A DNA stretch of 64,000 bases from Leptospiraceae bacterium. GTDB taxonomy: Bacteria > Spirochaetota > Leptospiria > Leptospirales > Leptonemataceae. Each line of letters opens with the position of its first letter. Positions within the stretch are counted from its first letter, which is position 1. The DNA lies in contig JAVJNR010000003.1 in the NCBI GenBank assembly GCA_040217195.1, positions 480,001 to 544,000 of the forward strand, read 5' to 3'. The notes below the pieces were generated by a model. It made no database searches, was not told the DNA's origin, and saw only the letters and a program-made list of their open reading frames with translations. Positions 19,697-30,980 of this stretch are shown here, in pieces. The translations under genes were made by a program, and so were the position numbers.

Positions 19697-20211
19697 TATC
19701 GAATCCTCTTCTTGATCACAAGGGTTGTGCCCACATCGGCGGACTGATCGAAATAATGGTAATCGGATAAATGCGAGATTAGGAAAATGCCAAGTCCGGA
19801 TTCTCGATAATCGCTTAAATCCCTGGCCAGGTTCTGCCCCACCGGCGAACGTTTTCCCATATCCTTTATTCGCATTTCCAGATAGGTCCTGTAGAAGAAC
19901 ATTTCCAGAAACACTGGTCTGTCTGTGCGATTATCGTAGGCATATTTGATGATGTTGGTCAGTGCTTCTCCGGTTATTACCTTGAGGTCAAAGGCAGCTG
20001 CATTGCTAAAGCCGGAGCCGATGCAGGTATCAAAGACAAAGCGCCTCATCTGCGCCACAAATCGCGGATGGGAAGGAAACTGCATACGAACCACTTCCCG
20101 GGGTTTTTGCTGTTGTCCAATTTCCTCTTCGGTGCCCATGATAGACGGTTGGCCGATATTTCTCGATTCTCTCTCCTGTTTTAGTTCCGTTCCATGGGTA
20201 GCCACCCACAA
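19696..20211 (-). CDS. RsbW-like anti-sigma factor/ATP-binding (HATPase_c_2) protein
   Basis: EALTNIIKYAY, IKDMG, SGLGIFLI, GTTL. Confidence 0.82.
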   Translation of the reverse strand: MWVATHGTELKQERESRNIGQPSIMGTEEEIGQQQKPREVVRMQFPSHPRFVAQMRRFVFDTCIGSGFSNAAAFDLKVITGEALTNIIKYAYDNRTDRPVFLEMFFYRTYLEMRIKDMGKRSPVGQNLARDLSDYRESGLGIFLISHLSDYHYFDQSADVGTTLVIKKRIR

Positions 20212-20243
20212 GCATTCCAGGCCTTTGGATGGCGATCCAGGTT

Positions 20244-22070
20244 CTACTTTACAGCCACAGCTTGCTTGGCCTTTTTCTTGCGCTCGTTGGGATCCAGATA
20301 TTTCTTTCGAATTCTAAGTGAGCCAGGAGTCACTTCCAGTAACTCATCATCATCGATAAATTCCAGGCATTGTTCCAGAGTCATCAGCCTTGGCGGTGTC
20401 AGTCGAACAGCTTCATCGGAACCACTGGCTCGAACGTTTGTTAGCTTCTTTTCTTTGCAGGGGTTTACTTCCAGATCGCTTTCCCGACTGCACTGACCAA
20501 TGACCATTCCCTGGTAAACACCGGTGCCCGGCTCAATGAACAGAGTCCCTCTTTCTTGAATTCCAAAAAGTGCAAATGGAATGGCTGATCCCAGTTCCGT
20601 AGATACCAGAGCGCCGTTCTTGCGTCCCGGAATCGGACCTGCATACGCATCGTAATGCGAATAGCGAGATGTCATGGCAGCAGAGCCTCTGGATTCAGAG
20701 ATCAGGAAACTTCTAAAGCCAATCAGTCCTCGAGTGGGAATGGAGTATTCGATTCGTGTGGTACCATGAGAAGAGGTTTCCATGGTCTTCATATCCCCTT
20801 TTCGGCGATTGAGTTCTTGAATGATGGTTCCGCTGTATTCTTCCGGAAGGTCAATAATTACCGTTTCGTAGGGTTCCAGCTTCTCGCCATTTTCGCCCTT
20901 CTTGAAAATCACTTCAGGCCTGGAAACTTGAAGTTCATAGCCTTCCCTTCGCATTGTTTCCACAAGTACGGATAGGTGCAAATCGCCTCTACCCTGCACC
21001 TGAAAACGGTCCTTTCGTTCCGGATCTTCAAAGACTCGCATGGCAACGTTTGTCTGAATTTCTTTGAATAATCGCTCCGAGATTTGCCGGGTGGTTACGA
21101 ATTTACCTTCCCGTCCGGCCATGGGAGAATCATTAACCAGAAAGAACATGCTTACCGTTGGATCATCCACGGTAATAGCCGGTCTTGGATCGTTGACTCC
21201 TTCCTGGCAAATTGTATCTCCAATGCCAGCATCTTCAATGCCAGTAATTGCAACAATGTCCCCGGCTTGCGCTTCTGTAACTTCGATTCGAGCCAGTCCG
21301 GCAAAGCCATACATTTTGGTAATCTTTCCGGTACTGGTGCCTTCCTTTCCAATGAAGCTTACGGATTGGCCTTTGGAGATTCTTCCTTTGAATACTCTGC
21401 CAATGCCCATACGACCCATATAATCGTCATAGTCCAGGTTCATGATTTGAAACTGAAGTGGGTCCTCGGGATTACCCGCCGCTGCAGGCACATGCTTTAG
21501 AATTAAATCCAGTAATGGCGCCAGGTCTTTGTCTTCCGTTCCTGCTTTTTCCAGTTCCAGAGAAGCAAAGCCATTCTTCGCGCTGGCATATACAATGGGA
21601 AAGTCCATCTGATCGCCATCCGCTCCCAGTTCATCAAATAGATCGAATACCTTGTCGATCACAGCATCTGGATCCGCAAATTCCCGGTCGATCTTGTTGA
21701 TCACCAGAATTGGCTTATGGCCCATTTTCAGGCTCTTATCCAGGACGAATCTAGTTTGAGGCATGGGTCCATCCACGGCATCTACAAGCAGCAAGCTGCA
21801 ATCGGCCATACCCAGAACTCGCTCCACTTCTCCGCCAAAGTCGGCGTGGCCTGGAGTGTCGATGATATTCACCTTGGTGTCTTTGTAATGAACGCTGGCA
21901 TTCTTGGCCCGGATGGTAATGCCCCGCTCCCGTTCCAGGTCCATGGAGTCCATGATCCGGTCGGTGCCGGCTTTGGTGCTCATCTGGCTATCCAGAGAAA
22001 GCAATCCATCCACCAGGGTGGTCTTGCCGTGGTCTACGTGCGCAATAATTGCGATGTTTCGAATTTCCAT
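20244..22070 (-). CDS. typA: Translational GTPase TypA/BipA
   Basis: [43 protein letters not shown]. Confidence 0.98.
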   Translation of the reverse strand: MEIRNIAIIAHVDHGKTTLVDGLLSLDSQMSTKAGTDRIMDSMDLERERGITIRAKNASVHYKDTKVNIIDTPGHADFGGEVERVLGMADCSLLLVDAVDGPMPQTRFVLDKSLKMGHKPILVINKIDREFADPDAVIDKVFDLFDELGADGDQMDFPIVYASAKNGFASLELEKAGTEDKDLAPLLDLILKHVPAAAGNPEDPLQFQIMNLDYDDYMGRMGIGRVFKGRISKGQSVSFIGKEGTSTGKITKMYGFAGLARIEVTEAQAGDIVAITGIEDAGIGDTICQEGVNDPRPAITVDDPTVSMFFLVNDSPMAGREGKFVTTRQISERLFKEIQTNVAMRVFEDPERKDRFQVQGRGDLHLSVLVETMRREGYELQVSRPEVIFKKGENGEKLEPYETVIIDLPEEYSGTIIQELNRRKGDMKTMETSSHGTTRIEYSIPTRGLIGFRSFLISESRGSAAMTSRYSHYDAYAGPIPGRKNGALVSTELGSAIPFALFGIQERGTLFIEPGTGVYQGMVIGQCSRESDLEVNPCKEKKLTNVRASGSDEAVRLTPPRLMTLEQCLEFIDDDELLEVTPGSLRIRKKYLDPNERKKKAKQAVAVK

Positions 22071-22432
22071 TGATAAAAAGGGTCTCTTGCAGTCTACAGA
22101 TAGGGCCTACTGGCTTTTCTGCGGGCACTGCCTTAACAGTGCCATGCGGACAGCCACCTCAGCGGCCCACTACGGCCACGAATTTAAGCCCCGGTCTCCC
22201 GAAAAGCGGAATTTCCATAGCAGAAGCGAGTTCTGCCCCGGCAAAGTTGGACAAATCGGCCGAAAGTAGGCATAACTTCGCAGAGACAGGGTTGTGGTCG
22301 AGAGCTCCGGCCTGCAGGCGAATGAGCCTTGATCCGTGATTGAAGTTTGTAACGCCGCCAGTGCACAATGACCGCCATTGACACTTCCAGTGAGCCCTTC
22401 AATGGTGGGAAATGGTGCCGAGTCTCTAGCGG

Positions 22433-23386
22433 CTATCGACAGGACCAGGTGGGATCTGTATCCAGAGTACTGTTACTGGTTAGCTGCGTTAATCCGGTTC
22501 CATCCATTGAGATTGTATAGATTTCCTGGTCGCTAATGGGCCGGTCCGAAGCAAAAACTATCTGCCGTCCATCGGGACTGAAGGCTGCTGCGCCATCGTT
22601 TCCTCCGTCGCTGCTGAAATTTATTTGATTGAGGCCATCTGGTTGGGCCATATAGATTTCCTGGTTTCCGTCCCGGTCCGCTGTCAATAGAAGCATTGTG
22701 CCATCTCGAGAAATGGCCGGCTCCAGATCCGAGTTTGGATCGGTTACAATTACAGAAAAATCGGAGCCATCCTTGCGAATTCTTGCGATATCATCATTTC
22801 CGCTAAAGGTAGTGTTGAAGTATACGTAGTCAGATCCTGGCGAAACGGCCGGGGACACATTATCGTAGGCGCCGGCGGAATTCGTGATCTGAGTAATGAC
22901 GAAGGTATTTAGATCCAGATGGTGAATCTCCTGAGTGCTTCCTCCTCGATTGGATGCGAAGTAGATTCCCTGGCCGTCCGGTGCAAAGGCAGGTAGCTGA
23001 TTTACGAATCCGTCCACCACCAGGGCTCTTTCATTGCTACCATCCGAATTGATAAGATAGATTCCATCCACTCCTAGCCGGTTTCCTTGAAATGCGATCT
23101 GCATCCCATTGGGACTCCAGGATGGAGAGGTATCGGATGTAGAATTGAAAGTTAATTGTTGCAACTCCGTTCCAGCGAGATCCATGGAATAAATTTCGTT
23201 GTCTCCATCGATTAAACTGTTAAAAGCAATTCTGTCCGGGTTGTTGCAGATCTGTAGAAGCAGCCCCAGAATGTAGCCAAGGTTCAGTTCCGTGCTCTGA
23301 CTGTAGTCGCCCACCCGGGCAATAATACAACCTTGAAACAGCATCGAAATTAAAGATGCTGCTAGAATGCATTTGCACCGACTCAT
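22433..23386 (-). CDS. TolB-like beta-propeller (PD40 repeat) lipoprotein
   Basis: Repeated P(S/A)(W/F)SPDG..I.F.S.R.G...IY motifs and lipobox-like LFQGC; start uncertain. Confidence 0.8.
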   Translation of the reverse strand: MSRCKCILAASLISMLFQGCIIARVGDYSQSTELNLGYILGLLLQICNNPDRIAFNSLIDGDNEIYSMDLAGTELQQLTFNSTSDTSPSWSPNGMQIAFQGNRLGVDGIYLINSDGSNERALVVDGFVNQLPAFAPDGQGIYFASNRGGSTQEIHHLDLNTFVITQITNSAGAYDNVSPAVSPGSDYVYFNTTFSGNDDIARIRKDGSDFSVIVTDPNSDLEPAISRDGTMLLLTADRDGNQEIYMAQPDGLNQINFSSDGGNDGAAAFSPDGRQIVFASDRPISDQEIYTISMDGTGLTQLTSNSTLDTDPTWSCR

Positions 23387-23470
23387 GCGAACCGTACTGT
23401 GGCACTTCATATGTTTATGGCCGAACGGCGGACCTACCCCATCCGAAGTCAACATCTCAGCGAACGTCTG

Positions 23471-23716
23471 CTAAAATTTTAGCAGCGCGAAAATGAAGCC
23501 CTGGCCTTCTATTTTTGCCCGTAGAATTGTGTCCGGCCCAATTCTTGCTCCTTTTTCCAGGGCTATTATGGCGGCCGATTTGTCATCGCTATCCCCGACC
23601 TGTTTTTCCAGTAACTCCTGGAGTTTCTTTGTGATTTCCGGAGCCCTATACTCAGGCATTACTACGACTTGCAGGTCAGGGTTGGGATATCTACGACAGA
23701 CAATGTAACGGGGCAC
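23471..23716 (-). CDS. Hypothetical protein
   Basis: 81-aa ORF co-oriented with its neighbours, filling the gap; no recognised motif. Confidence 0.5.
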   Translation of the reverse strand: MPRYIVCRRYPNPDLQVVVMPEYRAPEITKKLQELLEKQVGDSDDKSAAIIALEKGARIGPDTILRAKIEGQGFIFALLKF

Positions 23717-24011
23717 TAAAAAACAGTGCCAGGCCTTATGTACAGGTTAGAGTGGCCGGAGAACTCAGCCGGCAGCAAAAACAAGAAATCGCAGCCCAGT
23801 TCACAAAAACTCTGGAAGGTGTGGCGGGAAAACCACCGGAGGCAACCTGCAGAGTCGAAGAAGTAAGTAAGTCGGGATAACTGGGCCAGAGCCGGTAAGC
23901 TACCTAATTACAGTTAATCGATTTTCAGGCCCTTTGTTTGAGCTTTCTCCAGGGCCAGGTAGATTGCTGCATGACCCTGCTCGAATAGCCATTGGCCATA
24001 GATAGTTACGT

Positions 24012-24833
24012 TTAAATGGAAATGGATTTATCTACACTGATCTGATTATTGGATTCAAAAAGATATGTATAGATAGCCAGCATCAGTTCTTCGTTGCTTT
24101 GAAACTCTCGTTGCACCTGAAAATATTCGGCAATCCTGGGAGCAAACCTGTCGGCCAGGTCTTTTCGAATAATCGGATTCATGGTGTTTCTACGTACCGC
24201 ATATTCGTGGATTGCTCGCATTAGATTTGGTGACAATGATGCCATAGGTCGAATGCCCGAGGCATCGGTTCTTGCAGATTCCAGCATACGCCGGCTTGCC
24301 CTGGTTCCCCGCTGGTCCCGGATTACCAGCGTACCGGCGGCGATATCTCCCAGCCTGCGAAAGCTCCGTCCCGTAAGAAACAGAAAGAATGCTGCAACGA
24401 AATAGGAAGGAATAAAAAAGAAACCGAACTGAAACAGGAATGGATACATATCTCCAATGCGAACCATGTTGCGGATCACAGAATGACTGGCATTGAGCCC
24501 GGTGCCTCGTAAAGAGATTACACGCAGCCCCATGATCATCTTACCTGGAGTGCGTCCCCTGGAGAAGTATTCCCAGATCATGAAATAGCCCCAAAATACC
24601 ACAAAGAATAGCATAAATTGAATGAATACCGATACCTTGCCCCATTCCGACATCCCAGAAAAGCCGGCTACGGAAAAGGTAAACGTAAGCAATAGAAGTA
24701 TGATCAAAAGCATCAGATAGAGAATGATCATGTCCAAAAGCAACGCCAGAAACCTGGCCACCGGCCCGGCTGTCCTGTAGTTGATTTCCCAGAACTCGGG
24801 AATGGATACGCTTCTTGAGTTGTCCAGAGGCAC
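24012..24833 (-). CDS. RDD family membrane protein
   Basis: ARFLALLLD, GRTPGKMIMGLRV, IRN..RIGD, RRLGDIAAGTLV. Confidence 0.9.
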   Translation of the reverse strand: MPLDNSRSVSIPEFWEINYRTAGPVARFLALLLDMIILYLMLLIILLLLTFTFSVAGFSGMSEWGKVSVFIQFMLFFVVFWGYFMIWEYFSRGRTPGKMIMGLRVISLRGTGLNASHSVIRNMVRIGDMYPFLFQFGFFFIPSYFVAAFFLFLTGRSFRRLGDIAAGTLVIRDQRGTRASRRMLESARTDASGIRPMASLSPNLMRAIHEYAVRRNTMNPIIRKDLADRFAPRIAEYFQVQREFQSNEELMLAIYTYLFESNNQISVDKSISI

Positions 24834-24959
24834 GACTCAAGTTTGCCTGAAGCAAAACGACAGGCAACGACAATTCAATTTTTTCTCTTTACAGAGGAGA
24901 ATAAACGATTCCAATCGCTCCCACCCCTGCGTGGGGTAAAACAACCTATGAGGTATCCC

Positions 24960-25337
24960 ATGAAAAAATTCGCTGTTGCGATTGCTATTCTGAGCATCTC
25001 TGTTCTCGCCAGCTGCGGTGGCGGAAGCCCCGAAGATGTTGCCCAAAAATTCGGCAAAGCTATGCTGGAGGGCGATGTTGAAACGGCTCAAGATATTAGC
25101 ACCGAAAATGCTGCAAAGCTTATGCCCCTGATTATTGGTATGATGTCCAATAAATTTGGCGAAATGAGCGACGAAGAGAAAGAAGAAGCTCTGGCTGAAC
25201 TTGCTACTATGGAATGTGATGTAGAAGGTGAAAAAGCCAAATGCGGTCCTAAAGGAAAATCCAAAAGCCTGGAACTGAAGAAGGTAGACGGAGACTGGAA
25301 AGTAGATTTCAACAAACAAGGTCGAGGCCAGGGCTAA
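24960..25337 (+). CDS. DUF4878/NTF2-like lipoprotein (single domain)
   Basis: MKK...VLASC lipobox, SPEDVAQKF..A...GD...A, L.KVDGDWKV. Confidence 0.8.
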   Translation: MKKFAVAIAILSISVLASCGGGSPEDVAQKFGKAMLEGDVETAQDISTENAAKLMPLIIGMMSNKFGEMSDEEKEEALAELATMECDVEGEKAKCGPKGKSKSLELKKVDGDWKVDFNKQGRGQG

Positions 25338-25355
25338 TACACCCGGCATTGACTT

Positions 25356-25394
25356 AAAAAAGCCTGCTGCATATGCGGCAGGCTTTTTTATTTC
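25356..25394 (+). terminator. Intrinsic terminator
   Basis: aaaaaagcctgctgc-atat-gcggcaggctttttt. Confidence 0.85.
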
Positions 25395-25489
25395 CGGCTA
25401 AAATAGCTTAATGGCTACACTGGGCTCCTACAGCCCGGAATACTCATAGCACCGACGACTATTCACCAGAACTAATTAACGACCTTTTC

Positions 25490-26218
25490 ATGATACGATT
25501 ATTGCCATTACTCTTCGCATTGACCGCAATGAGCTGTCAGACCTTTATTATAGGCCTCAATCCAGATTCGGACTCGAAAGCATTTCTGGATTCTGTGAAA
25601 CGTCTGGATACAGCATCCCTGGAGCGAATGGTTACCCACGATGCGAAAGAACTGGAATCCTTCATAACGAACTTGAAAAAGGTAAAGGAATCCAGCTCCG
25701 CCGCTTCCAGATCCCATATCCAGGAGCTGCAAAGCGTACAGATTTCAGAGTGCTTCGTTGGGCAGGTTCGAGCAATCTGCCTTCTGAACAATGGCACCGA
25801 ATTACGCCTGATAAAAGACGGACTTTCCTGGAAAGTGGATCTGTCCGAATCTACGTTCATTAAACAATATAACCAGGATTCCAGAAATTTGATCCTGGCC
25901 GAGCTAACGCCCAGGGAAGTGGCCATCGAGTTCGCCAGGGCATTGCTGGAAGGAAATGCAGAACGATGCCAGTCCCTTGGAACAGAGCAGACTGCCAGAC
26001 TCATCCCTATCGTAGTGGAGGTGGTCTCTTCGAAGCTTTCAGAAATGACCCCCGAAGAGATGCTGGATGCAAATGCAGAACTGGAAACCATGGAATGTGA
26101 AGTATACCTGGATCAGGCCAGCTGCGGACCCAGAGGTAAGAACAAGAGCCTGAAGCTACTTCGAGTAAACGGAGAATGGAAGGTCGATTTCAGCAAAGAG
26201 AGGAATTCCGAAGAGTAA
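25490..26218 (+). CDS. DUF4878/NTF2-like lipoprotein (two domains)
   Basis: TAMSC lipobox; two domains each ending L...G.WKV; paralogue of its neighbours. Confidence 0.75.
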   Translation: MIRLLPLLFALTAMSCQTFIIGLNPDSDSKAFLDSVKRLDTASLERMVTHDAKELESFITNLKKVKESSSAASRSHIQELQSVQISECFVGQVRAICLLNNGTELRLIKDGLSWKVDLSESTFIKQYNQDSRNLILAELTPREVAIEFARALLEGNAERCQSLGTEQTARLIPIVVEVVSSKLSEMTPEEMLDANAELETMECEVYLDQASCGPRGKNKSLKLLRVNGEWKVDFSKERNSEE

Positions 26219-26322
26219 GCGCCTGGGCTAAACCGTGGCTCGCTGCACGGCTTTTTTAATTGTCATGCTCCTGGCCCCGGAAACATTGGGGCTGGATTTT
26301 ATCTCCCCCAAGAAAGGATTTC

Positions 26323-27117
26323 ATGAAACATTTTTTTCCCGCCTTATTGGCATTTCTATTAATAGGATGCCAGACCATAACCATCGGAATGAACCCGGCT
26401 CCGGATGCAGATGCATTTCTGGAAACAATCAAGCAGCAGGACATCGCATCTTTTAATAGCCGCATTACGTCCGATGTCAGCAGCAAAAAGAAAGTAACGG
26501 AAAGTCTGGAAAAACTTCAGAATGCAGACTCGCCGGCCTCGAAGCAGGCACGGGACAAGGTGGCTGAACTTAAAATTGAAAACTGCTACATGGGTTCGGA
26601 TCGAAGCCTCTGCAAATTAAATAACGATTCCGAACTGGTCCTTGAAAAGGATGGCCTGGGCTGGAAAGTGAATCTAAAAGAGTCCAGCTTCACAACAAGA
26701 TTCTCGGAAGATATGCAGGGTCTGTTTCGCGCAGAACAGGGGCCAGAGTATGTAACGCAGCAGTTTACCATTGCCTTGCTGGAAGGAAACCTGGAACAGG
26801 CCCGAGAATACAGCACCAGTCGCACCCACATGCTACTTCCGCTGATCGTTGGAATGATGTCCGCCGCTCAGCAGGATCAAACCGAAGACCAAAAACTGAA
26901 AATTGAAGAAGCCAAGCAGCAATTGGAATCCATGACCTGCGAAGTGGATGGTGACAAAGCCCAATGTGCACCAGAAGGCAAAGACAAAAGCATGAATCTA
27001 GTGCGCGAAAATGGGGTCTGGAAAGTAGATTTCAGAAAAGGCGGTAGCGAAGAAGATGAAAAAACTGAAGGAGCTCCAACGGAAAGCTCCGCAGAGACCC
27101 TCGAAGAAAGTCCCTGA
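26323..27117 (+). CDS. DUF4878/NTF2-like lipoprotein (two domains)
   Basis: LLIGC lipobox; LEKDGLGWKV and LVRENGVWKVDF domain ends. Confidence 0.75.
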   Translation: MKHFFPALLAFLLIGCQTITIGMNPAPDADAFLETIKQQDIASFNSRITSDVSSKKKVTESLEKLQNADSPASKQARDKVAELKIENCYMGSDRSLCKLNNDSELVLEKDGLGWKVNLKESSFTTRFSEDMQGLFRAEQGPEYVTQQFTIALLEGNLEQAREYSTSRTHMLLPLIVGMMSAAQQDQTEDQKLKIEEAKQQLESMTCEVDGDKAQCAPEGKDKSMNLVRENGVWKVDFRKGGSEEDEKTEGAPTESSAETLEESP

Positions 27118-27183
27118 ACACTAAACGATAATTTTCGCAAGATTCCAGAATAAGAAAGGGGCTCCTCTGGAGTCCCCAATCCA

Positions 27184-27843
27184 ATGAAAGCCAGGCATCT
27201 AATTCTTACATCCGGTTCAGCCCTGCTTCTGGGCTTCAGTTTCTTTCTATGTTCCGGCCCTTCCTCAGACGCCGCGCCGGAAGATGCACGAATAACTAAG
27301 TTGCAGAATGTAAGCTTTGATCCGGAACAGCTGCGGCATGGTGACCTGGTCTTCAGAAATGGAAACAGCTTTATGAGTGATCGAATTGTTGCTCTTTCCC
27401 CGGAGAAAGTCAACCTGAGCCATGTAGGGATTTTAGTTCAAGAGTCCAATCGATTGTACGTGATTCACATTGTTGGCGATCACTTCGCAAACTATGTCAG
27501 AAAGGAAAGCCTGAAAAGCTTTGTAGAGAATACTCGGCCCGACCATTTCTGCGTTACCAGATATAATGGATCCACCGAAACTCGAAATGCAATTGCCTCT
27601 GCTGCGTTGACCTACCATAGAGAAAAAAGAGGATTCGATTACGATATGACTCTGGAGTCCGCCGATGAGCTCTTCTGCACCGAACTTGCCTGGAGAGCTG
27701 TTCTGGATGCTACGGGTAAGGACATTTCGCCCAGGAAGGTACCCTGGCGTGGAAAGACATTAATCGGATTTCTGCCATTTTTCAAACGACCAAATTTCGA
27801 ACCGGTTTATATGGAAAAGAACTGTCCTGAATTCCAGAATTAA
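27184..27843 (+). CDS. Permuted papain-like NlpC/P60 amidase (YiiX/YaeF family), exported
   Basis: GDLVFR, SHVGI (His) preceding FDY...LFCTELAW (Cys), the permuted order; hydrophobic signal ending in Cys. Confidence 0.85.
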   Translation: MKARHLILTSGSALLLGFSFFLCSGPSSDAAPEDARITKLQNVSFDPEQLRHGDLVFRNGNSFMSDRIVALSPEKVNLSHVGILVQESNRLYVIHIVGDHFANYVRKESLKSFVENTRPDHFCVTRYNGSTETRNAIASAALTYHREKRGFDYDMTLESADELFCTELAWRAVLDATGKDISPRKVPWRGKTLIGFLPFFKRPNFEPVYMEKNCPEFQN

Positions 27844-28019
27844 CTCTGTCCTGAATGGTTCTTGTTTCTGGAAAATCTCAACTTGAAAATCCGGTCCTTT
27901 CAACCTTGCCTGGCAAACCTTACTGGTCCGATCTATTTGCGCCTGGTTCAAGGCTCTAACGGAAGTGAGTCTTTCTATGGATTCTCAATGGATCCATCCG
28001 GGCCTTTAAGAATTCTTAT

Positions 28020-28505
28020 TCAGGCCATATGGCCAAATTTCTTGAGTAATGCCTGGCTTACTTCAGGTGGAGCATATTCGGAAAGACTCTTACCGTACCG
28101 GGCCACTTCCTTGATAATGGTACTTGAGATAAAAGAGTACTTTTGCGATGCCAGAAGGAATACAGTATCTACATTTGGATTCAGCTGTCGATTTACTTGA
28201 TAGATTGCATATTCGTAGTCAAAGTCGGTCACAGCCCGAATCCCCCTTACAATAGCTGTAGCATTAACGTTTCGAGCAAAATCGGTAAGTAAGCCTTCGA
28301 ATGTTACGACTTCCACATCCTTGCGATCTTTTAAAACTTCCTGAGTGAGGGACCGACGTTCTTCAAGGGAAAACAGAGTGCTCTTGGCAGAGTTGATTGC
28401 AATGGCAACGTATATCTTATCGAACATACAACGGGCCCTGTCCACAATGTCCAGATGTCCGAAAGTCATGGGATCAAAGGATCCCGGATATACAGCGGTT
28501 TTCAA
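28020..28505 (-). CDS. coaD: Phosphopantetheine adenylyltransferase
   Basis: [34 protein letters not shown]. Confidence 0.98.
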   Translation of the reverse strand: MKTAVYPGSFDPMTFGHLDIVDRARCMFDKIYVAIAINSAKSTLFSLEERRSLTQEVLKDRKDVEVVTFEGLLTDFARNVNATAIVRGIRAVTDFDYEYAIYQVNRQLNPNVDTVFLLASQKYSFISSTIIKEVARYGKSLSEYAPPEVSQALLKKFGHMA

Positions 28506-29878
28506 GTTTTCCCCCTTCGACGTAGTTCCTCCGTTACTCTATCTTCATCGGCATTCATCGTAAAGACAATTCCCAGCCATACAAGACCGCAAACGATCCA
28601 CATGCTGATGGCCACATTATAGGCGATCAGAGCAGGCATTGCCAGGATAAACAGTCCTACAATAAAGGGGCCCACACCCTTTCCCAGATCATCTGCCAGG
28701 TTGAAAACTCCGAACACAGCGCCCCGATTCTCAGGCAGGTTTGTATTGATTAGAATGGCTCGTACATTGGCTCCAGTCATGGGAACAATCAATCCGCCAA
28801 TCAATGCGAAAACGAATGCTGGCCACAACTCAGTTCCATCGTAATTGATCAGAAAGAATACAGGGACCGCACCCAGCATGACCGTAAAAGCGCAAAATGC
28901 CGGGAACCATTGCCTATTGATAGCATATAGCTTCTTGCCTATGAATCCTCCCAGAAATGCACCCAGAATGGACATGCCGGCAAATAGAGTAACAATGGTA
29001 TAACCTGTATCAACATCCCATCCTCTTTCTATTTCAAAGAAGTCCACGGCATAGACGAACAGAAATCCCCAGGGAACAGTTCCAGGAATTCCCTGCAGGA
29101 AAGCTAAGATATTCGTCCTGGTGCGAAAGACCCTTTTGAATGATTCCGCAGTAACCGGAGCTTCCTCAGCCACTACAACATCCACACCAGCCCCTCCTTC
29201 TGACAGAGCCAGGGCATCCGCCGCTCCATGCTCGGGAATCTTTGCAAAGAAATAGAACAGAGCAGCAATAGGAAAAGCAGGCACAGCCACGGCTATGAAA
29301 CTAAAGCGCCAGCCATCCAGTCCAAAAATCACATCGTGAGCAACCACGCCACCGAAGACCTGGCCAACTCCCATGCCCAGACTCATTGCGAGTCCCACCC
29401 AGGCGCTGGCCGTGGGCCGATTTTCAGTGCGAAACAAATCTCCGGTAATGGAAAACAAAATTGGAAAAATGCCACCAATCCCAAATCCGGTTAGCATCCT
29501 TAATACAAAGTAAGTCCAGTAATCCTGGGCAAATCCAGTAAGCAAACAGGGCAACTCACCCAGAACCACAGCCGTAACTAGAAGCTTCCGGCGATCCATG
29601 CTATCCGACAATCGGCCATAAATCACCGATACCACTCCGCCCAGAACAAAGAAAGGCAATGTTACAAGACCACCCAGGAGGAATCGATATTCCTTTTCAT
29701 CGGTCATGCCGAAGGCTGCTGCAATGCGCGACAGGTTGGCCGCCGGCAGGTTCTGATCGGCAAACAGGAAAAAGGCTGAAAGCAGCATGATCCAGAAGGT
29801 GAAGTGAATGGAGGCAGGCTGCCCTTTCAAATCTCCCAGACCAATCATTCGAAGGATAGAGAATCGTTCCCTGGACAT
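28502..29878 (-). CDS. MFS transporter
   Basis: 12-TM pattern, [10 protein letters not shown] motif [11 protein letters not shown]. Confidence 0.9.
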   Translation of the reverse strand: MSRERFSILRMIGLGDLKGQPASIHFTFWIMLLSAFFLFADQNLPAANLSRIAAAFGMTDEKEYRFLLGGLVTLPFFVLGGVVSVIYGRLSDSMDRRKLLVTAVVLGELPCLLTGFAQDYWTYFVLRMLTGFGIGGIFPILFSITGDLFRTENRPTASAWVGLAMSLGMGVGQVFGGVVAHDVIFGLDGWRFSFIAVAVPAFPIAALFYFFAKIPEHGAADALALSEGGAGVDVVVAEEAPVTAESFKRVFRTRTNILAFLQGIPGTVPWGFLFVYAVDFFEIERGWDVDTGYTIVTLFAGMSILGAFLGGFIGKKLYAINRQWFPAFCAFTVMLGAVPVFFLINYDGTELWPAFVFALIGGLIVPMTGANVRAILINTNLPENRGAVFGVFNLADDLGKGVGPFIVGLFILAMPALIAYNVAISMWIVCGLVWLGIVFTMNADEDRVTEELRRRGKT

Positions 29879-29960
29879 ATAGGCCAGAAGGCGCCCAGGA
29901 CCCGGGCCTGGGCAAACAAAAAACGGTTGATGCCATGTAAAAAGGCCTCTTACTGGAAAG

Positions 29961-30884
29961 GTGCGCTATCCAGTAACCACGCCTCCCGAGCCACCGGAAT
30001 GGATGAAGGTGCGGCTCAAATTCGATACACCGGCAGAAAGTAAGTCCAGAGAGGTAAAAAACCTTGTGGAGGGCAGCCAACTGAAGACCGTTTGCGAAGA
30101 AGCCTCCTGCCCGAACCTGGGGCATTGCTGGGGACTGGGCACCGCAACATTTCTGGTAATGGGCGAAGTATGCACTCGGCGGTGCGGATTCTGCGATATT
30201 AACACAGCCCGACCATTTGCCCTGGATCCAACTGAGCCAGACCGGCTGGCAAATACTATCCAGGAAATGAAGCTCAAACATACAGTGATTACATCCGTGG
30301 ATCGAGACGATCTAAAGGATTGCGGTAGCTATCATTTCGCACGATGCATTACGGCCACCAGAGATAAAAGTCCTGATACCTCGATTGAAGTATTGATTCC
30401 TGATTTTAAAGGCAAAGATGAGAACCTGCAACGCATCTGGGATGCTAAACCAGACATCATAAATCATAATGTGGAAACGGTACCTTCCCTGTTCCCGACC
30501 ATCTGTCCACAGTCCAACTATCAGGTTTCTCTGGATGTGATTCGAAAAAGCGCTGAAAGGGGATTTCTGACAAAAAGCGGAATTATCCTGGGCCTGGGAG
30601 AATCAGTGGAGGAAGTTAAACAGGTGTTGCGGGATCTACATGAAAATCAGACTCATCTGGTGACCATCGGTCAATATATGCAGCCCACCAGGGAACATGC
30701 TCCTCTGGCCGAATATGCACCTGTGTCCAGATTCAAGGAATTGAAGGATTATGCCTATGAGCTGGGCTTTCTTTATGTGGAATCCGGTCCGCTGGTCCGA
30801 TCTTCATACCATGCCGGAGATGCGCTGGATGCACTTCTGAAAAAGCATGGAAATTCAGCGATGGTCCGAAACAGTCGATCCTGA
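29961..30884 (+). CDS. lipA: Lipoyl synthase
   Basis: CEEASCPNLGHC, CTRRCGFC, VRSSYHA. Confidence 0.98.
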   Translation: MRYPVTTPPEPPEWMKVRLKFDTPAESKSREVKNLVEGSQLKTVCEEASCPNLGHCWGLGTATFLVMGEVCTRRCGFCDINTARPFALDPTEPDRLANTIQEMKLKHTVITSVDRDDLKDCGSYHFARCITATRDKSPDTSIEVLIPDFKGKDENLQRIWDAKPDIINHNVETVPSLFPTICPQSNYQVSLDVIRKSAERGFLTKSGIILGLGESVEEVKQVLRDLHENQTHLVTIGQYMQPTREHAPLAEYAPVSRFKELKDYAYELGFLYVESGPLVRSSYHAGDALDALLKKHGNSAMVRNSRS

Positions 30885-30980
30885 AAGTTCTGAAAAAAAC
30901 CGGAACCTGACTTGTTATTCTATAGAAGGAATCGTCCTATTTTGAGAAGGTATCCCCGGGATGGGACGGGAGACGGAATC

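Noticed and set aside
22071..22432. 360-bp region upstream of typA as a structured RNA
   Set aside because: Only short hairpins are present and I recognised no riboswitch or ncRNA motif.
23717..24011. Possible c-di-GMP riboswitch or small ORF
   Set aside because: It lacks the GCAAA/GNRA architecture, and the protein-like frame has no start codon.
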